A stretch of DNA of 63,455 nucleotides, counting the filler, from Octopus bimaculoides (lineage: Eukaryota): NCBI RefSeq assembly GCF_001194135.2. It is 6 parts of 6 records of this genome, joined end to end, with 100 filler letters (N's around TTAATTAATTAA, not from the genome) between each part and the next. Parts side by side here need not be neighbours in the genome. Positions count along the whole stretch, not along the records: positions 15,833 to 30,126 come from NC_069000.1; positions 30,227 to 47,666 come from NC_068996.1; 4 more parts are not named here. One strand, 5' to 3'. Position numbers and translations under genes: made by a program. Under the pieces are notes generated by a model. The model did not search any database, had not been told where the DNA came from, and saw only the letters and a program-made list of their open reading frames with translations. Positions 25,944 through 36,959 of the stretch are shown in pieces; the stretch's first letter is position 1, and each line of letters begins with the position of its first letter.

Positions 25944-26310
25944 ATCTTTTACTTATTTCACTCATAAGACTGTGGCCATGATGGGGTATGGCCTTGAAGA
26001 ACTTTTAGTCGAATGAATCAACTCTAGTACTTATATTTTTAAGCCTGATACTTTTATTCTATCAGTCTCTTTCACCAAACTGCTAGCTTATGGAGATGTA
26101 AACAAACCAACACTCGTTGAGTGGTGGTGGGGGGACAAACAGACAGCAAGACGGGTTTCTTTTTGTTTCTATCTACCAAATCCATTCACAAGGCTTTAGT
26201 TTGGCCTGGGGCTAGAGTAGAAGACATTTGCCCAAGGTGCTACACAGTGGGACTGAACTCAGGACCATGTGGTTGGGAAGCAAACTTTTTACCACACAGC
26301 CACGCCTACA
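25944..26310 (-). mobile_element. SINE family A copy
   Basis: Reverse-complement homolog. Further partial copies at about 16900, 27410, 28260, 30576, 32745, 44790, 51140 and 54408. Confidence 0.8.
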
Positions 26311-26442
26311 CCTTTACAGTCACACCCTCGTTTAACTTTATGCGCAAAAGTACTAAAATACATTTTTTTACTCTAAATTGAGTTACAAGTAAAAAAAAGT
26401 TGGGGAACTACTGATGTAAGCAAAGAAGGAACATATACTTAC

Positions 26443-26650
26443 TTGTGAGATGATAATTCCTTCTTCAGGTCTTCATTATTCTTCAATGAATTTATAAGCT
26501 TCTGCTGCAGAGTCTCGATTTTGCGCTTAAGTTTAGCCTTGTCAGCCTCCAGTGTGACAATAGCTAGCTGATCAACGAAACCACGTGATGGGATCGCATT
26601 TGATTCATATATACTGGTTGGTTTTGTAGGGACTTCCCTTTTGATGCTTA
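26443..26650 (-). CDS. Exon of unnamed coiled-coil protein gene (phase 1 to 2)
   Basis: Acceptor tttttttgctttttaatatctacag, donor GTAAGT, 208 nt open: ISIKREVPTKPTSIYESNAIPSRGFVDQLAIVTLEADKAKLKRKIETLQQKLINSLKNNEDLKKELSSH. Phase matches both neighbouring exons. Confidence 0.88.
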
Positions 26651-27589
26651 CTGTAGATATTAAAAAGCAAAAAAATAAAGTTTAGAGAGAAAGGAATGAT
26701 ACAGAAAGTGGGAGAGAGTAACAGAAAGAGATGAAGAATAAAAGAGGGATAACAAGATAGAAATGAAGAGAAATAATGAGAAAAATTCACTCTCACATCT
26801 CCCATGTCTCATAATTCACAAACCCCAGCCCGTTGTATCTCACTTCCTTAAAATAATACAGCTTTCACATATTTTTTTATCAAATCACCAACAATTTAAA
26901 CTGACCCTCTAACTGTACAATTGCCCACTTCATTTTCAATAAATTCGCAACATAAAAACCTCTAAAATCACTAAAAATATAAAGTAATATATATATATAT
27001 ATATTAACAGTTATTGCCAAGCATCCATTATAACCTTCGAACTGGGGAGGTTGGCCTCTTCCCCTTGCTGGTCTGGCATCTACAGACTAGTTTCAGGGTA
27101 TTTGCCCTTTATCAATGTAGAGCAGCTGAACCGAGCAGGTGACTGTCTGTTCGCAGGATTATTTACCTAAATTCAGTGGAATAGATCCACTGGTTTTCAA
27201 AAATAGAAATATTAATATTTCTAAGCCTCTCTAAAGGAGACTACGGCAGCGGTACTGGATATTAATAGTTATCGCCAAGCTAACATGGCAGTTCAGAAAA
27301 ATAGGACGAATGCTACCGTTGATTAGCTCCAAGGGGCGATCTCCTCTAGCTAGCTATGTGACATACGAACCTGCGTCCATTATAACCTTCGAACAGGGGA
27401 GGTGGCCGCTTATACACGATGGGCTTCTTTCAGCTTCCGTCTACCAAATTCACTCTCAAGACTTTGGTTAGCTCAGCATTTTAGTAGAAGACACTTGCCC
27501 AAAGTGCCATGCAGTGGGACTGAACCTGGAGCCATGTGGTTGGAAGCCAAACATCATACAAACACTGCACAATTTTCCCTTCACAGTGA

Positions 27590-27830
27590 ATGAGAAACCT
27601 TTTGTTGCACGCAAGCATAATAGCCTCCTGAATTTTTAATATCCTGTTCTTACTTTGGTGATTATACTTTCAAAACATTCCCATCTACCATTAATTAGGT
27701 CACCTAGATAACAGATGCTATCAATTATTTCTTGAGAACCTTCCAGACATTTGAGGTTACCCATGAACTGTGTGCTGTTAATACTTAGTGTGTCTCTAAA
27801 CCTGCAACACAGAATTTACCTTGCTTTTTA
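27590..27830 (-). mobile_element. RTE ORF2 internal fragment
   Basis: EIIDSICYLGDLINGRWECFESIITKVRTGY-KFRRLL, matching the RTE F-YLG...W-KFRELL region. Confidence 0.65.
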
Positions 27831-27933
27831 GCCAGCTTATGATCTCACTACATTCCTTTGTGTCTCTATTGCTTAGACTGAGCATACCAAATGGAGTTTC
27901 CGCCAATTCCTTTTCTGCATCATGATCAGTTTC

Positions 27934-28253
27934 AGCATTTCTAAGAACCCGTTCGGTCACCTAGAGAGTTTCCATCTGAGGCACAAGTCCAGACAAGGTT
28001 TTTGTGGAAGACCAGCAATTGTACATGCATACCAGTCTCCACCTCTCCATGCCACCAGTGTTATCCAAGGGAAAGGCAAAGGTCAATACAGCTTGTCACC
28101 TGGGACAACTCATTTCTACACCTGAGTGAACTGGAGCAACATGAAATGAAATGTCTTGCTCAAGAACACAATACACAGCCGAGTCCGGGAATTGAACTCA
28201 TGACCTCATAATTGTAAGCCTAGTGCTCTTACCACTGAGCCATGCTCCTTCAT
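27934..28253 (-). mobile_element. SINE family D (tRNA-like head, tgtgttcttgagcaagacac motif)
   Basis: Head tgaaggagcatggctcagtggt...gagttcaattcccgg. Related heads at about 4392, 18495 and 63370. Confidence 0.75.
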
Positions 28254-28498
28254 TGTAACAGGTGCAGGTGTGGTTGTGTGGTAAGAAGCTTGCTTTCCAC
28301 ATGGTTCCAGGTTCAGTCCCACTGCGTATCAACTTGAGCAAGTGTCTTCAGGCTGACCAAAACCTTGTGAGTGGATTTCATAGACAGAAACTGAAAGAAG
28401 CCTGCCGTGTATATATATAAAGGAATCTTGACCTAACATAGATGCAGCACCTCTGAAGCTACTTGGAAAGAGACTGGAATGGCCAAATAAGAACTTAC

Positions 28499-28599
28499 TT
28501 GTATTTTCATCTGAATTCACTTGAACCAATCGCAACTCTTCTTGCAAGTGTTTGATTTTGTTCTCTAAGATAGTAATGGTTTCTTTGTAAGAATCTTCA
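28499..28599 (-). CDS. Exon of unnamed coiled-coil protein gene (phase 2 to 1)
   Basis: Long polypyrimidine tract plus TAG acceptor, GTAAGT donor. Reads EDSYKETITILENKIKHLQEELRLVQVNSDENT with heptad character. Confidence 0.85.
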
Positions 28600-28746
28600 C
28601 TAAAAGAAAAGAAGAAAAAAAAAACAACAAAAAAAAAGTATGTTTACGTCTCCTTTCTTCCTACATATACACCTCCTATAATAAATATGTGTATATACAG
28701 ACATACATATAAGTATATAATATTAATTGTTTTTAGGAACACCATA

Positions 28747-29442
28747 CGAGGTAGTATCAAAAAGTTCCTGGGCTACTTATGTTTCATAAAAAATAACTTA
28801 TTTACCTAAGTTTTAACATCATTTCCATTGAAATAGTCACCTTGCACAGCAACACACCTATCTCAGCATTCTTCACACTTTTGGAATCCAACCTGGAAGT
28901 TGTTTTCCATAATCTCATCAAGGATCTTCTGCGACTCACTCTGGATTTCAACAACAGTGTTAAAACAGCGACCTTTGACCAGCATTTTCATCTTGGGGAA
29001 GAGATGGAAGTCTGCAGGTGCTGAATCTGGTGAATAGGGCAGGTGTGGAAGCGATACCATGTTGTTTTCGGTGAGACTGAGCTCCAGTCTTGTTATGCCT
29101 TCTTTGGTCATGCAGATGCAGGACTCTTTGATTGTGACGACTGCTTCACACCATAAACTTGCCAAACCATACTCAAAGTCTCTGTAGCAGACTTCCCAAG
29201 TTTAATGCGAAATTTCATGTTGGCTCTTTGTTCCAACTTCCTGTCCATGACAAAATCACAGACTACAGCATACAAGTGAGCACAAAAACACAAATTTCAC
29301 AACTTGCAAAGTAAACATAGTAATGTCACTCAGCAAACTGCCTCACGAAGGTCACTGCTAGCTCCCACTGTGCACACAACTGTGTGCTGCCATCTGTTGG
29401 CGTGCTACAGAACTAGTCTGGGTACTTTTTGATACCACCTCG
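28747..29442 (-). mobile_element. Internally deleted mariner element (696 bp)
   Basis: TIRs cgaggtagtatcaaaaagttcc / ggtactttttgataccacctcg, TA TSDs at 28745 and 29443. N-terminus MDRKLEQRANMKF is fused to the C-terminus HLPYSPDSAPADFHLFPKMK. Confidence 0.92.
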
Positions 29443-29559
29443 TATTTTGTTATGCAAACATTATATGCTACCAATACATCAAAGGTGTATAAGTCAATGT
29501 TGTGTCCAACCTGTGTTAGTAGTGCTATTGAATAACTTTTTAATGTCATCTCTGTACAA

Positions 29560-30010
29560 TCACTTAAAGTGGAAGGAAGTTGTGGAAGAGGGAGACCCAG
29601 GAAGACATAGGATGAAGTATTGAAGGCCAATCTCAAAACGCTGCACCTCACAAAAGAATGTTGACACAAGACCTCCTCCTCCAATGTACCCCCACTCTCA
29701 GAATTCCTTGTCTTGCAAATTACTTGGCGACCCTGCTGGTGCTGGTGTCATGTAGAAAGCATCCAGTCCACATTGTAAAGTGGTTGGCATTTGGTAAAAG
29801 CACCCAACTGTAAAAATCATGCCAAAACTGACCTCACCTGTGCTGGTGCCACATAAAAAACACTCACTCCACTCTGCAGAGTGATTGGTGTTAGGAAGGG
29901 CAAAACAGATACAGTAGCCTGGGGTAGTCTTCTACCTGGTCAGCTCCTGTCAACCGTCCTACCCAAGTATGCATGGAAAACAGGCGTTAAATAATGATGA
30001 TGATGATGAA
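29560..30010 (+). mobile_element. RTE LINE 3' end
   Basis: LKVEGSCGRGRPRKT-DEVLKANLKTLHLTKE, then the 3' tail ending in (GAT)n. Confidence 0.75.
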
Positions 30011-30102
30011 GAAGGAATTTCCACAGACAGAAATTTTATTTGAGATTAAAAAACAAATGACAAACATACTACAACAGACAGAATAAACCAAAAAGCACTT
30101 AC

Positions 30103-30123
30103 AGTTTGCTGAAGTGTAATTTA
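30103..30123 (-). CDS. Probable 21-nt microexon of the coiled-coil gene (phase 2 to 2)
   Basis: GTAAGT donor at 30102-30097. TAG at 30126-30124 is followed immediately by an N gap, so the exon could be longer. Reads (S)KLHFSK(L), in frame with the exon at 28599. Confidence 0.6.
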
Positions 30124-30226
30124 CTANNNNNNNNNNNNNNNNNNNNNNNNNNNNNNNNNNNNNNNNNNNNTTAATTAATTAANNNNNNNNNNNNNNNNNN
30201 NNNNNNNNNNNNNNNNNNNNNNNNNN

Positions 30227-30299
<73 letters not shown>

Positions 30300-30799
30300 C
30301 AGGGGCAAATCTAAATAATTGATAATAACAATAACATTTGTAGTAGCAAGCGAGTATTAGCATTGAACAGCTATACAATAAATTCTTAATTATATTAGAG
30401 GTTACACGAAGCACCAACTTGCTAAAGAATGGAACTAAAAACTTCTAATGTTATTGTAAAAACCATTTGCCCCACTAAGTGGTTCTCAACATTAATCATG
30501 TGACCTACGTTTGAAACGGATACTGAATATGAAATATTGTTAAATAATAAACAAACTTTCGGAAGCTCGTATCTTTTATCTTTTCCTTGCTTCGGTTAGT
30601 GGACTGCGGTCAGGCTAAGACACCGCATTGAAGAGTATAGTTGGACGAATAGACTTCAGTACTTATCTCTAATGCCTGGTACTTATTATATCGGGTTCTG
30701 TTACCGAACTGTTAAGTTAGGGAGACGTAAACAGACCAGCACCCATTGTCAAGAAGTAGTGCAGGACAACACACACACACACACTCACACACACACACA

Positions 30800-30837
<38 letters not shown>

Positions 30838-31332
30838 NNNNNNNNNNNNNNNNNNNNNNNNNNNNNNNNNNNNNNNNNNNNNNNNNNNNNNNNNNNNNNN
30901 NNNNNNNNNNNNNNNNNNNNNNNNNNNNNNNNNNNNNNNNNNNNNNNNNNNNNNNNNNNNNNNNNNNNNNNNNNNNNNNNNNNNNNNNNNNNNNNNNNNN
31001 NNNNNNNNNNNNNNNNNNNNNNNNNNNNNNNNNNNNNNNNNNNNNNNNNNNNNNNNNNNNNNNNNNNNNNNNNNNNNNNNNNNNNNNNNNNNNNNNNNNN
31101 NNNNNNNNNNNNNNNNNNNNNNNNNNNNNNNNNNNNNNNNNNNNNNNNNNNNNNNNNNNNNNNNNNNNNNNNNNNNNNNNNNNNNNNNNNNNNNNNNNNN
31201 NNNNNNNNNNNNNNNNNNNNNNNNNNNNNNNNNNNNNNNNNNNNNNNNNNNNNNNNNNNNNNNNNNNNNNNNNNNNNNNNNNNNNNNNNNNNNNNNNNNN
31301 NNNNNNNNNNNNNNNNNNNNNNNNNNNNNNNN

Positions 31333-31377
<45 letters not shown>

Positions 31378-32034
31378 ATGAAGTGTACCTGAAAATTTCC
31401 TATAAATGTGACATCATTAATTTAAACCATCAAATGAAACAGCTTTACTTTGTTTTCTTGTATAAAATGTCAATAGAAGCTATGTAAAACCCGCTTGAGT
31501 TGTTTCTTCTGTCAAGAAAGTTTACTGGTGTCAAATACAATTAGAATTTATACGGCACTATTATGAATAACGAAATAGATAAATAAATGAATAAAATATA
31601 TAAAAGATATGAATGTGTAGCATTGTTGTGCCAAATCTTTCGCATGAACAGTCAAGCTATTTGCGTTTTAGTAACAGGACATACATACATAGCATTATAA
31701 TACACCCCCTCCACCCCACATACACATACGTACACTTACATACGTATAAACAAATACACATATGCATACATACGTATGTATGTATGTGTTCGGAGGTGGG
31801 GTGCCAGTGCAATAAGTGTTAGAGAAATAATTGTGGTAGTAATAAGGCTAGGGTGATAGGGAGATGTGTGAGAATAATAACTTACTAACGTAAAGATTAA
31901 ATACTCTCATGAAAGCTATTGACAGATTATAAAATATCCGGTTGATTGCTGAATAAATCTTTTAATAATACGATAATACTATCTGGAATTCTATTTTTGC
32001 TTTTAGGTAAAACTCTATCCATCCTTTTTCTCTG

Positions 32035-32720
32035 CCTGCTATTCCTGGGACGGTCGTGTGGGTATAATCCTGAGGTACCTCTTCTGTAGGGTCCAATCAG
32101 AAGTAAATGTTATCAGACATGCCGTTTGGATTCTTAAGCACATCCAACTGAGGCAGTGAATATTATTCTTCCATCTCGTTCTTGATCTTCCCCCAGGTTA
32201 CCCTTCTTGTTGCGCAACTTCAAAAATCCGTCTTGCGGTTCTTCACTGCGATATTCTAATCACATACCCGTTACACCGGAGCTGTGACCTTTCAATGCAG
32301 TGAAGTAGCGGCTCTGCCTGGAGAAATACCTTGATCTCAGAGCTTTGCACTCTGTCGAATAACGTTATTCCAGATATCCTTTAAAGGAGCCCCATTTCAT
32401 CCACTTGTATTCACAATCGTACTTTTTCGGTTATTATCTAACATTCATGACCATAGGTAGGAATAGGTACAAAAACTGAATTGGAGATAGCAAGTTTAGC
32501 TTTTTTCAATCAAGCTCTTGTCTTTTGAAGATTAGTTGCTGAAGCTGGCGCATCACTGTGCCACCAACTACAATTCTATGATCTTATCCAGCCTTCGTCT
32601 TTCAAAACTGTTCCGGAGTGGGGACTTTGCCAGTTCGAGGGAATCTCTATATCTAGGAGAGTTTAGATGACAGTAGATCGATGTAACAGTACTACACATA
32701 TTCATCAGTGATCATTCTAA
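32035..32720 (-). mobile_element. Decayed RTE-clade (Expander/Rex3-like) LINE 3' end
   Basis: KLAISNSVFVPIPTYGHEC...DEMGLL-RISGITLFDRVQSSEIK...EPLLHCIERSQLR...GRSRTRWK. Confidence 0.8.
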
Positions 32721-34149
32721 TGTTTCTTCTGTGCCGGACTGCTAAGTAGCGGAGACGTAACCATACTAACATGGGTTTTCAAGAGGTGAGAGACAAACGC
32801 AAACACACACAAAGGTATATTTATACGCATGCACGCACACGTACACACATAACGGGCTTCCACACAGCTTCCGTCAACCAACTCCACTCACGAGGCATTG
32901 GCTGCTCGGGACACTTCTTCAGGGTGCCACTAACTGGGACTGAACCCAAAACCACGTAGTGAACTTTTCCCCAACTCAGCAATACCTATGTTTATGTTGT
33001 AGGAATCTTGAAGAAAAGAGTGAGTTGGAAAGGTCTGTCATCAATGGTCTCAAACAAGGAATGTCTCTAGACTAAAATAAGTAACTCCTGATTTTTTTAA
33101 AAAATTTTCTTTTCTGCCTAAAATAGTCATACTGAGAATAGGCCGTATATATGCACGTGATATGCAGTAAACATTGCCAAGGAATTCTCTTTAACGATCT
33201 CAGGTTACTAAGTTTAAATGATGTAACCATCAAAAAGTTCAGGATTTATAGAGGTGTATGCAATTGTCCTCCTGATTGAGGTTTGAGGTTTATGCCTTTT
33301 TCGGGTTTATGCCTTTTTCGAAAACGTTTGAATCTAGAGGTAGGTACCCTCTTTCTAGACCCCAAATAATATGCGCAGCAATAATAGCGGTGTACCTTCA
33401 TTTAGATAACTCTACCTGGAGCTGGTTGGTCGTATTTTTTTATATGTCCCCGGAAAAGTGTCATTCATTAATCTTAGTGGACAACTGGAATGATATCACG
33501 AATTTAAGCCGAGGTTGTGTAGGAATAGTTGCTAGGAGAGTCAGGCACAACAGCTTTGCAAAGTTGCTCAGATATTTCAAACTCTCAATCTAATAAACAC
33601 TTGTTTCTCAAACGTACAACTGTCCACTTGGACAAATCACAGCTTGTCATCAACATCGAAGATTAAGTTTTAGTTAATTTTTCGCCAGTCTTTTTTATTT
33701 TTTTTATTTTTAGATTTAGTGTAAGTTGCCTTCACCTTTCAGTAGTTGACTCCACGAATCTGATCCGTGAATTGTAAGTAAACTTAGAGAAAATCAATTT
33801 GGCAAAGTGAAGGTGTCTATCTCAACACAGAAACCTTCAGGATCATGTAAGTTAAGATAAAGTTGGCGAGTGAGATGGGGGCTATCATTGGAAACAGGTG
33901 GTGGGTCTCACTTGGAAGAGAAATTAGGGGAGCAAGCAATGAAGTAGCTTTAAAGAACGGTAGATGAAAAAGAAAAGCAAAAAAAAAAACAAAAAAACTA
34001 GTGTATCGATTAGAAGAGACGCCTAGAAAGATCATCGTATGGGGTGAAAATAGATTTCGACTATTTTTTTTTTTTTTCGATGTGAAACACGAAGGATGTA
34101 TTGATTTTGCTTCTTGGCGTATGTTCTGAAACACGAAGGAGGGGAAGAC

Positions 34150-34800
34150 ATTTGATGGACCTGCGTGGTAGAGGCATAGCGTGGTATTTGATGGATTGCA
34201 GAGAGCACGTCCTATTTGATATCAAGCTGATTGCAGCAGGATACTAAATTCTGCGTGAAGATCGAGGTACTAAAAGCGATAGACTTTGTTGTTTAATTTA
34301 AAACTGCTGCCTCTTCTGGTAGTAGACACAGAATGCCTTGAAAATCGATTTCAGCAACCGAAATAATGGATATGTTGAATGGTTTTGCGAGGGGTAAATA
34401 CAAGGACTGGATATTTCCTACGAACTATATTGTTACATGCTCAACTACTTCGTTATTGTCTTGGAAACCGTCTTTTGCCACTGGCTAGCAACAGACTTGG
34501 AACATTCTAAGTTGTGTGAAACGAGGAAGGACCGGAAAAGGGCGGTCTAATAGACAACAGAACAGCGCTCATCAATAGCGGTTTAGTCGGAGACGTAAAA
34601 CTTGTGAGATGCGCTTCCCAGCTATTAACAACAACCTTCAATTTACGTGATAAATCGTAGTGCAACTCTGTATTAGATCTGACCCTCATTAATTTGTGTC
34701 AGGTCAAAGCCTTCATCAAGATCAACCATCGCTACTTGGTATCTGTCTTAAGTGCAGCTGATTGCAGTCTCGTCTTTGGTGCCTGAATCGCTATAACATC
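34150..34800 (+). mobile_element. Highly decayed Tx1/L1 AP-endonuclease region
   Basis: DLRGRGIAWYL...AA-DTKFCV...DFVV and VGD motifs with stops and frameshifts. Possibly the same element as 36960-39400. Confidence 0.5.
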
Positions 34801-35299
34801 AAAACGTAATCTGTTTGATGGTCAAACTAAACTTTCGGAACAAGTGCTTGATCCTTCAAAAATTCCTTCCTTTCTTTCCTTTGTATGTTTTAATGTACCC
34901 GTCGCACTCAGAAATGGGCTGAGAGTAAGAAGTTCTGTAACGTTTTGCATTGCTTCCGAGTTCTTGTCACTGCCTGATTATTATGGTTAACATCTGGCCA
35001 TATCGGAGTGTATATTCTTTCGCTTCTTGTGAAAGAGATGCGTCCCATTGATAAGGAGGGCAATCTTCTGTTTGTAACTCATCAAGAAGGTCTCGGATGC
35101 CGTGGAAGATGAGGCACAAACATGCGATGAGGCTGTTGCATCAGTAGAGATCTCTGGATAACAACGGTAAACAGTTCTGGTTAGCTTCCGAACAATACAT
35201 TTTTCAACGAGTCATTCACTGACTGATCTATAGTTAGTTCTAGCTTAACGAACGTTGAGATTGGCATCTTGAATATTTTAGGTGCACATTGCATTCTAC

Positions 35300-35599
35300 G
35301 TGTTTTGCTGCCAGTGGAAAGTCAACGTTTGCATTCCATGACTCTCAGGCGGTTGCGATGACGAGTGTTCCAGTTGGTACGAAGAATCGAACAACCTGTT
35401 CGTGAAATTAGCGTGCAAATAACCAAGCACTCCACAGACACGTGTACCCTTAACGTAGTTCTCAGGGAGATTCAGCATGACACAGGTACAACTCATTTTT
35501 GCCAGCTGAGTGGACTGGAGTAACGAGAAATAAGGTGTCTTGCCGGAAATCGAACTCACGATCTTTCGATCATGAGTCGAATACCCTAGCCACTAAGCC
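35300..35599 (-). mobile_element. SINE family C variant with internal deletion
   Basis: Shares gagcactccacagacacgtgtacccttaacgtagttctc and a tRNA-like head. Confidence 0.8.
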
Positions 35600-36271
35600 A
35601 CTTTTGAGAAGGTTCTCATCCTTGCCTGATTATAGTTGTGTTCTTGAGCAAGACGGATCCAACTATCAGTCAAGTATTTTCTAACCTCCCTTTTTTTTTT
35701 GACAAGGAAAGGCTTTTCTCTACCAGGTGGCTATGGCGAAGAAAGTTGTGCATAGGTGAAGCTGAAAGCTTTGAGGACAAGATTCTCAAATTTAACCTGA
35801 AAATGAGGTTGTGGTGGTGAAGGAAGTGACGTCTTCCTATCTGTTTTACAAGCAGTGGATAAACGTGGTTATATTGAATAGATCTACGTTATAAACAAAC
35901 ATCAAAGGAAATTAGAAAAGTATGTTTTTGCTTTGACTCACGCCATTTATCCGAGGTTAAATTATTCTTGGTTTCTTTGGAGACCTCTTCATGCTGAAAT
36001 TTTATGTATTTTATTGTTATCGTTACTGTTGTTGATTTCTATCTCATTTGATTCGATGTAAATCATTTAATTTGTTTGTATTTCATTTTTGTTCTTTTGT
36101 CAATGACTTAGGCTTTTGTGGCTAATAAAAATTCATAATATTATTATTATGATTACTTTGCCTTTCATCCTTTCGGGGTCGATAAATTAAGCACCACTGA
36201 AACACTGGGGTAGATGTAATCGACTAATACCCTTCCTCCGAATTTCAGGCCTTGTGCCTTTAGTAGAAAAG

Positions 36272-36375
<104 letters not shown>

Positions 36376-36611
36376 NNNNNNNNNNNNNNNNNNNNNNNNN
36401 NNNNNNNNNNNNNNNNNNNNNNNNNNNNNNNNNNNNNNNNNNNNNNNNNNNNNNNNNNNNNNNNNNNNNNNNNNNNNNNNNNNNNNNNNNNNNNNNNNNN
36501 NNNNNNNNNNNNNNNNNNNNNNNNNNNNNNNNNNNNNNNNNNNNNNNNNNNNNNNNNNNNNNNNNNNNNNNNNNNNNNNNNNNNNNNNNNNNNNNNNNNN
36601 NNNNNNNNNNN

Positions 36612-36906
36612 CTCACCCAGAGACCTAAAGAGACAACAAGTTAGAAGTTCATGTAGGTGTTATGCCTAGGGTACCATATATTTGGATTTGTACATAGTGT
36701 TGTTCAAGAGAATGTTTAAGAAACCATAAGAAAATTATGTGTTTGCTTTAAAATTTGAGATCACATAGACAGTATTTTACGTAGGATATGGGCAGTTCCC
36801 ATGAGCACTATCTTTTGAACTTCAGCCATTTTGGGGTTTCCTGGTATCTGAGCTAGGTAGTAATCAGCCCGTTTCGCTGTCATTCCCAGGGCACCAATGA
36901 CAATAG

Positions 36907-36907
<1 letters not shown>
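36612..36907 (-). mobile_element. R4/Dong-like LINE 3' end embedded in (TAA)n
   Basis: PIVIGALGMTAKRADYYLAQIPGNPKMAEVQKIVLMGTAHILRKILSM* plus 3' UTR. (TTA)n follows at 36908-36955 and precedes the gap at 36273-36375. Confidence 0.85.
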
Positions 36908-36956
<49 letters not shown>

Positions 36957-36959
36957 GAC

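Noticed and set aside
31886-31948. Minus-strand AG...GTAAGT block (INRIFYNLSIAFMRVFNLYV); similar 44-nt block near 35795-35840
   Set aside because: Phase 1 starts are incompatible with the phase-2 chain from 41449 to 30123, and there is no homology.
33276-33593. 105-aa + strand ORF
   Set aside because: It lies between decayed LINE fragments and has no identifiable motif. Probably TE-derived or chance.
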